DNA of 64,000 bases, counting the filler, from an uncultured bacterium (GTDB taxonomy: Bacteria; Auribacterota; CAZIXI01), in assembly GCA_964543115.1 (NCBI GenBank). It is 6 parts of 6 records of this genome, joined end to end, with 100 filler letters (N's around TTAATTAATTAA, not from the genome) between each part and the next. Parts side by side here need not be neighbours in the genome. Positions count along the whole stretch, not along the records: positions 1 to 11,455 come from CAZIXI010000100.1; 5 more parts are not named here. One strand, 5' to 3'. Shown piece by piece: positions 1-9,000 of the stretch. A model generated the notes under the pieces. The model was not told where the DNA came from, did no database searches, and saw nothing but the letters and a program-made list of their open reading frames with translations. The translations under genes and the position numbers were made by a program. Within the stretch, counting starts at the first letter, position 1. Each line of letters opens with the position of its first letter.

Positions 1-2
1 AT

Positions 3-3000
3 AAATTTGGCGCGATTACTAGTGAGTTAGGAAAGAGAAGGCTTTTCCTGCTGAGTACGGAGGAAAAACAAATAATTCGGCAATTATGCGATGAGGTGTT
101 AAATGCCGGGGGAGAAGCGGAATTAATTGATAAATGCAGTAGATTAATCTTATATATGGATCTGCGTAACAAGGCTAATCGGAAATTATATGCCCAGGCC
201 TGTATCTCCACCCGGCAGGTGAGTTCCACGACTACTATTCATCTGCCGGCAGTGCTTAGCCTGGAAAACAAGCATCTAGTACCTGCTCTATTTGATAGCC
301 GGGGTGCTGGATTTTACAGTCAGCTGGTAGAATTAGGGCGGCTGGCGGAGATGAATGAAGAAATTGGCGGGGAGTTTCCGCGGGCAGAAGATTTCGCGGT
401 TAATTTGTTTGAAGAGCGTTGTTTGGAATATTTGTGTAATTTTAAAGAAGACGCTAGAAATGGCTTGGGTTCTTGTTTGGAAAATTCTAAGTTGAAGAAG
501 CTTATCTTACCTGTTTCCCGTTTGCCGCGGAAACAGGAGGACCTGTACTTAGCGCGGATCTGGTTTCTGTTGCAGCGAGACGATGAGCAGGTGATTAGCA
601 GAGAGATGCAATCGTTAAAGATGCTTTATGAGCGGGGAGAAGAGGCGGCTATTATTCAGGCAAGGATGTTGTTCTCTGCCATCGTGAGTGTAGAGAAACA
701 CGCGGCTGATGAAGAGGTAAGAGAACAATTCGTTCAATTGGCAAGGATGGCCACAGATATATTGCCAGCGGAAATAGGTAAGGCGATTGGTGAGGTGGAA
801 AGTAAACAATGGATTGCCAATATTTTTCTTGAGGATATGGTGGATGTGTTGGAGGTTGTCAGTAAGGATGTTTTAATCACGGGGAAGGACAAGAAGGCCC
901 TGGAGCGGAGGGTGAAGCAAAGTGCTGTTTACCGGATAAGGCTTCTGTTGGCGATTGCCACGAAAATGAGCCTTGTTTCGGATACAAGGCCATTAGAGAT
1001 TTTGAGTGAAATCAGTAAAAATGTGATTAAAAGAATAGAGTCTCCCTATGAATTAGATATTTTGCTGTTAAGTGATATTGACGCAGAATGGTTGCCGCCG
1101 GAATTACTGGAGCCATTGGCCGGAAAGTTCGCGAAGTTAATGGGGCGGGCGGCTAACCGGCAAGAAGCGGAACAGATCTTCAGCAGTGGCTGGGGGAAAG
1201 GACGACGCTGGCCGATATTTTTCTGGATAACAGTGCTGGAAGATTTTCCTGCTGTGGAAAACACTCTAATTGATTGGCTGCTGTTCGCGCCGGACCCGCG
1301 CCTGCGCAATGCCGCCTATGAGATGATATTCTGCTACATTGTCAGCAGGGCAGAGGAAGAAGACAAAACAAGAATACAGGAGATTGTCCGTAAGGGACTG
1401 GACCGCTACCTGGAGAAGACCCAGTTAACGGAGATAGATTACCGGTCCTTTGTTGTTTTTGAGAATCTATTCAAGCTGGCTAAGGCCGGCAGATTAGATA
1501 TGGAAAAAGAAAACGATTATGTTTTGGCGAAAATAAGGGGCTGCTATGAGGAAAATATCCGTGCAGGGAAGATAGAGGGAGTGGACATGCGGGCGATCCT
1601 GACCAATTTTGGTTTTGCGGCGATACAGGCGGAGATGATGGCCTGGGACTCTTCGCTGACGCATATTGACCAGTTAATGCCGGATAAGGAAGAGAAACAT
1701 GGATTATTATTGGTTTTGGCGGAGAAGGAAGCGGTGAGGTGGTTTAGTGAGAATGGGGAGCAGGACAAGAGGGTTAAGTTGGCTTTTTTGTTGGAGTTGA
1801 TCAGGAAGCTGAATTTAAATTATAGTGATTTAGCGGATATTATTGCTGAGGTTTTCGGCGGTAAAGAAGAACATACTGAAACCCTCCCTGATGCACGGGA
1901 GGTTGCTGTTTTAATGGAAGTGGCTATAGACGAGAAGGAGCAAGAGGCTATATTAAATTTAATTCTTGATGTGTTGAGGGGGCCTTCAATTCAGGGAGAA
2001 TTATTATGGCACTGTTTGAAGGAAAGATATTATATTGGCCGGGCGCCGGCGGATGGATTAGAATGGTGGCAGATTGATTTTATGAAATATATTTTACGGG
2101 ATGCTCGCCGGTATCGCGAAATATACGGGCAGAGGGGATATGCCTTGCCTTTTGAGCCGGAGGAATGGGATTATACGCGGAATATTGCTGATTCACGGAT
2201 AGTGTTCCGGGACTGGCATCCCGGATTCAAGGAAATGTACCGGGTAGTAGAAGCCTATTATACCAGGGAAGATGAATCTTATCTGGATCTCTATCGTAAA
2301 CTTAAACAAGCGGATGCCCTCTATGTTAGCCGGATGTTGTTGACTATGGTTGTTTTTGAGGAAGAGAAGTGTTTTCATATTAGGCAATGGACAGAGGCTG
2401 TTTTCCGCGAGCGGCGGCTGCAGAGTTTGCTGGCTGAGGTATTTTCTGGACAAGCCATGGCGGCTGGTGTGTCTCTTTTCGATGTAAGTCAATTTCAGGC
2501 GATTGAGGGTGAGCAGGGAGTAAGATACGTGCCGCGTGAATTATCAACAGCAGATTTATGGGGATTTTTCAAGCTGGGGGAACTACCTTATCCGCTGGTT
2601 GGCCGGGAGGGGGGCTTCATGTTGGCGGATGTTGAAGGGAAAAAGGTTTTGCAAATTGGCGGGACCGCGGAAGAGATAGTGAGTGTAGAAATAGCGGGCG
2701 CGCAGGAAGATCTTGTCTGGGCGGTGTTTGAGGTAGCTGCCGGGCAGCGGGTAGTGTTGAATTTTTATGATGATCAGGCATACCAACGTTGGTTTGCTGA
2801 TCCAAAAGGAAATGAGAAGCCTAAGCCGGCAGCTACTTTTGCTAAGGATGATTGGGGCCTTTACGCAGAGCAGATAGCGGTAGTTGAGGCTATGGCGGGT
2901 CCGCCGGATCCATCGGTGGAAGGTGAATCTGACGCTGACGCGGAAGACAACCGGCCGGCTGATCCTGCGGGATTGGAAGATGACGGGGACGGAGAAGCTC

Positions 3001-6000
3001 CGCCAGAGCCGCCCTCTTATTTACCGCCCGGAGGTGGTTTTGCCGGCGGTGGGAGCAGTATAGTCTGGAATGAAAGTCTGGAGCGCGATCTGGCGGCGGT
3101 TATTACCCGTTGTGTGCCTGATCCGGAACAGCGGCCGGAGGAGGCGGTGCTGCTAGAGCTGGTTTTTGCCGATGCCTGTTTTCACGCCCATCCGCTGCTT
3201 AGTGGGATGGAGCAAGATACTGTTGCCCGGAAGGTGAGTGAGCTTTACCAGTCAGCTGATTGGCAGCCATATGTTGATCCGTTAATGGAAAAACTGCGCG
3301 GGCAGCCGGGGTATGATTTTAAGATGTTGGATGGAGATTATGGACCGGTAGGGAGTTTTATCGGTGATTCGGATGGATTTATCGATTTAGTAAATAAGCT
3401 GGAAAATGAACAGGTATTTCAGCTGGAGGATGAGGAAAAGCAAACCATCTGTTTTCTTACCGACTGGCTGTTGACAGCGGGAACGGCGGACCGGTTAAGG
3501 GAAAGGGCCCAGCGGGTAAAACTTTATCTGGACCTGCGCAACAGTGATAACCGCGCCCTTTATTTTCGCCGTTACAGCTATTTACATCCCGGGCGGAAAA
3601 AAACTGCAGTTTCTTTGGCGGAGTTTTTGGCAGTGGAGACAGAAATATTTCCTTATGACTATTTTGACCGCACTGACAAAAGTATCTTCAATTATTTTCT
3701 GGAGCTGCAGCGCCTGCAGGAGCTAACGGAGTATGAGGATCGAGAATCTGCGGGAGCGGAGTTTATTACACTGCTGGCAATCTATGGAGATATCTTGCCG
3801 CGGATGGAGAATCTTCTCAGCCGGGTGGAGGAGCATTTCGCGGTCCTGAGTGCTATTCAGAATAAGAAATTAAGGCTTTTTCTGCGTCCCTTGCTGGTGG
3901 CGCCCCAAGCTTCGCTTGGGACTGCTGTAGAGGAACATTATAGACTGCCAGCAAATGATGCGCAGTATTACTTATTTAAGGCCTGGTACTCGTTGAGGTT
4001 CTTTACTGCTGAGGGCTGGCAGAAAGAGTGTCAGCGTTTAACCACGGCCTATCAGCTACACCGGCAGGAAACTGTTTCTTATCTCCGGGATGTCTTGAGC
4101 GGCATTAAGAGTATAGAACAATTTGGCCGTGAACTGGGTATTGCTGAGTTAACAATGAAGGGCATTGCTGAGGCGGCAGAAGTGATCAGGCGGGAGGGCA
4201 GTCTGCCGGCGGAACTGCTGGCGGCAGCGGAGCAGGGGGCCGTTGCGAATGAGGAATTCGTGGCGCACTTTGATCTGGTCAAATTATCTGATGTTGTGGA
4301 GCAGTATTTACAAGAAGAAGAATTATCCGCTGAAGCGGAGGCGGCGCTTAGCGGAGAGGAAAACACGGCTGCCCGCCTGAGTTTTCTCTGGCTCTTAGAT
4401 GAAGGTTTTAAACAGGGATCATTAGCCTCAACGACAGTGGAAAGAATGAGAAGATTCAACAAATTGTTGGGTGAGGTTGTTAAGTTAATAGAATCACCTT
4501 ATGAAATAGATATTTATATCAGGATTTTTGGCGATACAAAAATAAGCGTTAAAGCAAAGGAAAGATTACGCAAGCGCCTGGCGGTATTTCTGGCTGATGA
4601 GCGCCGGGAGCAGGTAACGGATATGATTACGCGCAGTCATACGCAGTTGAAAGAATGGGTGCTGGAGTTTTTCCGGGAAGGTATTGAAAGGGATCAACGG
4701 TATGTTGACTACCTTATTAATTTGTTGTTGTCCTCTGACCTGCGCCAGAGTTTTTTTGCCGCGCAGATTTTACGGTCTTATGTAGCTATTGCCGCTGGTG
4801 ATAATATACTAAAGAAAAGGAATATTATGCTGGCGCTCTGGGACCGGTATCTGCATGAATCTAAACTGGCGGATCCGGATAAGCAGCTGTTTCTGGTCTT
4901 CTGGCGCACTCTGGGGCTGGCGGTTGATGGTGAACTGTATCTGCCGGGAGAAGCGGAGAGGCTGCTCGCGGGTGGAGCTAAGATTAGGGGTGTGCAGAAC
5001 GGTTACGAGGATAATCTTGGCCACGGATTTGTTCCGGGCCTGGATTTGGCGGGGGTAAGATTCGCGCTGGAGTATGCCACCCGGCGGTTAGCGGAGACTG
5101 ATCCCGGGGATAGTTCCCGCTATAAGGGTGTTTATGAGAAGCTGGCAGGATTAACGGAGTTGGTGCAGGATAATAGGGAAAGATTAATTGAAATTGCTGT
5201 ACAAGAATTGCGGCGGCATTTTCAGCAGCAGGGAAAAAAGAAGACGGATATTGATTTAGCGACAACAGAATTTGTTTTGGAACTCTTAGCACTGCTTGAT
5301 AAGCTTGGTCTTAATAATGAGGATCTGCCGGAGGTGCTGGCCCGCGGTTATCCCTGGTTTAAGCGGGAAATTGACGAGCAACGAATTGCCGGCAACGGAG
5401 ATATAGTTAAATTATTAGCGCTGGCAGTTAATGCGGAAGAGAAAGTTGGCATAGTTGGCAAAATTATGGATTATTTAAAAAGAGATAAAATTGACTTAGG
5501 TTATTTCTTTCAAGAAGGGTTCACTTCCCTGGAGCAAAGATATCTTATTGGCCGACAGGAAATAGATAAATTAACTGCTTGGCAGAGGGAGTTTATAAGA
5601 ATGATTTTGCAGGCTACCCAGCAGGCGCAGCAATCTCCCGGTTACGCGCTGCCCAGCCTGCCGTTGGAGATAGCTGAGGGGGATCTTGAGGAAATAATCA
5701 CTGATCCTGATATTATGAGCAAATATATTTTCTCTAGCTGGCCGGAAGAGGCAAAGCAGGTATACCTGTTAATTGAAAAATATTATACCCAGCCGGATGA
5801 ATCATATATAGATATTCTTAATAATGACTTTTTTACCAATATCTTTCATCAAGGATTTCGTAATTGGGCGGTCAGGGCACTATTGACCCTGGCGCTGAAA
5901 GATAATTCAACTGATTACCGGCAATGGCTCACCGCCTTGCTTGAAGAGCATAGATTGGAGCCGCTGCTGAAATTGTGTTTTAACGGCAAGCCGGCGGAGG

Positions 6001-9000
6001 CGTTTATATTTCTTTACGGCCATGAGCGGTTTCGCCAACTCGCGGGAACGGACGGAGAAACAGAAGACAGTGAGGATACGGATTTCTTATGGATGGATTG
6101 CCTGCTGGAGGATCTGGCGGCGGTGATCAGTCATTGCTTTCCGGATCTGGACCAGCTGCCGGAAATGCCGGAGCTGCTCGAGGCGATCCGGGAGAGTGAT
6201 TATTATCGCTGGCATCCGCAACTGAGTGAAATGGATAAGAGTGTTTTTGAGGGTAAGGTTGAGGCGCTATACGCTGATTCTAATTGGTATCCCTATCTTG
6301 ACGTGGAGGAGGCGGAGTTGACGGAATTATTCGGGGCGGATGAGGTTGATCTGGCGGAAGGTTTGGTGGAGATGCGTAAGGACGAAGGAAAATTCATTGA
6401 GTTAACAAAGAAGCTGGGGGAAAAGGAAATGTTTCTTCTGGCGGACGAAGAAAAAGAGATAATCCGTCAGTTGGCCGATCGTTTGCTGGCAGAGAAGATT
6501 GTGGTTAACCTGGCCCATCGGCATGAATCTTTGCAGGCCTATCTGCAATTGCGTAATAGTGCTAACCGCCAGCTTTACTGTGCCGCCTATATTTCTACAC
6601 GGGAGGAAAAGTATACGGCGCAACTCTCTCTGGCTAAACGCGCGTATTTGAAAACCACTTATCCGCCAAGTCCCGACGGCCTTTACGCGTCCCTGGCGGA
6701 ATGCCAGCGGCTGGCGGAATTGAGACTGGAACTGCGTGAGGAACTGCCGGCGGCGCAAGAATTTGTTTTCTCCCTTCTTTACCGGCAGCTGCATGAATTA
6801 AGGAAAAAAATAGGTGTTAGTGATTTTGAATTTATCTGTTGGCGGATGGAGAATACGTATTTAATGGAACTGGTTCCGTTTGGTGTGTTTGAACCTTCCG
6901 GGAATTTGCAAGTGGCCAAAATGAGAATATTGGCTGATATCAGTCCTCTGCTCTGGGAAGAGGAGTGCCGGGTCTTGACTGTTATACAGGAGCTCTGGCC
7001 GGAAGACGCCAGCGCCCGGGCGGAGGCAATATTTTCTATTTTTGCTAGTATGCAGGGAGTTGTCGCGGATGATCAGGCAACGATTAAAGTGGATATGTTG
7101 GAGGAAGTAGCGCGACGTTGTTTACCGCCGGAACTGGTTAGTGAGGCGGAAGCCTCAGCCAAAAAAATCGAATCATTTAAGGGATTATTTATAGCTGATC
7201 ATAAAGAATTGGTTACTAACCACGTTCAGAATTTAGTTCGAGGGGCGGGAGCAGATAAAGATGGAAGGCGTATACTGCGGCAAATAAAACAGGATAGGCT
7301 TTACCGGGTAGTATATTTATGGGCAATAAACGGTGTTTACCAAGTTACCGAAGATGCGCAGGTGAAAAAGCAACTGCTGAAATTAGCCGGCCGGATTGTG
7401 CGGCTGATGGATTCTCCGGCTGAGGTGGATTGTGGGTTGAAGCTTGACAGATATGGAGAGATTAATGTGGAGATAGCGGGAATGCTTAATCGGCGATTCG
7501 CGCAATTTTTAGCAAAAAAGAATACCCGGACAAAGGTAGCGAGAATGACTACTAGAAATTATGCCGAGTTTAGTTTGTGGAACGCCCACTATTGGCCTTT
7601 CCGGATTAAAAACGATGAAAGATCCAGAAATTATATAATTGAATTAATGCTCTCAGGTGATAACTTTCGCCAGCGGCAATCAGCCTTTCAGATACTGCGA
7701 AGATATTTTCTTTTTTACGCGTCGAAGGAAGATAATGATCATGTGCGCGATGTTGTTAAACAACTCTGGGAGAAGTTCCTCCGGGCGAATAAGCTGGAAC
7801 AATTGGATTACGGTTTTGTTTCCACCGTAGAGAATATCTTTACCCTGATTAAGGACGGTGAGTTGGATGTGAACATGGAATTGGACAGGTTGGGGCGGAT
7901 ACTGAGCCGGCAATATGAATCAAATTTAAAAAAGAAAAACATAAACGGCCTGAATCTTTGGCAGGTGTTGAGGTTGATTAGTCAGGTCGGAGCGGAAGCG
8001 GGATTAGGGAAGGTGGAAGAAATTTTTGCTAGGTTAGAGTTTGTGGAAAGATTGCCCCTGTTTCACGCGACGGCCCTGCAAAGAATAGCGATTAGTGAGT
8101 TGCGAGGAAAGATTAAGGATTTGGATGTAGCTGAGGTTGGGGAGGTGCTCTCTGCTAATTTGGATTTGCTGGACAATCTCTGCCTGGCGAGGAGCGACCT
8201 GGTTGATGTTCTTCTCGGATTGTTTCCTCGGCACAGTGTTGCTGAACGGGTAGTCAGGGAAATGCGGGAATCTGCGGAGACGCTGGCCGTGGTTTATACT
8301 GATGATGAAAAAAAGGTTATTCTGGTGGCGTTAGTGCTTACTATTTTTCAACAGGAGATACCACAGGGGTTACGGGATAAAATATTGGCGTTAAAGAAAA
8401 GGTATTATCTGGGCCGCCGGCCGCACGCCTTGGACCAGTGGCAAAAGGAATTTCAAAAGGCTGCAATTGAAATAGGCAGGGTTATTCAGGAGGCGGGTCA
8501 GGGATGGGCAGCGGCTTTGTTTTCTGAATGGGAGGAATGGGAGGTTTTGACCGAGACTGAGACGGTGTTTTCAGAATGGGCTTATAAGTTAAAGGGTATT
8601 TATTGTCTATTGGAAATATATTTTTGTGCGCCGGATTATGATTTTAGCCGGGTTGATTTTTCCCAGCAAAATATATTGACGGTATGGCTGTTCTTGTATC
8701 TGGTCTTGCACAGACGGGAAAAACTATTTGACCGGGGGCAATGGACAGAAGCGGTGTTCGCGCGGCTGGGGCTGGAAAATCTGCTGGCCGCACGTTTTGC
8801 CGGCGATCCGGGCGCGGCCTATGATTTTTTGCATAGTTGGGGGAACATTGTAGAGATAATGGAGATAGAATTAGCCAAGGAAGAGGGAACGGTGCCGGCG
8901 GAGGAAGCTGAAGGCGGTTCGAAAGAAGAAGCGAAAGTTGAACTTGAGGGTGGTTGGAATAGTTCGTTGGTTAATGATTTAGCGGCAATTATTACCAAGT

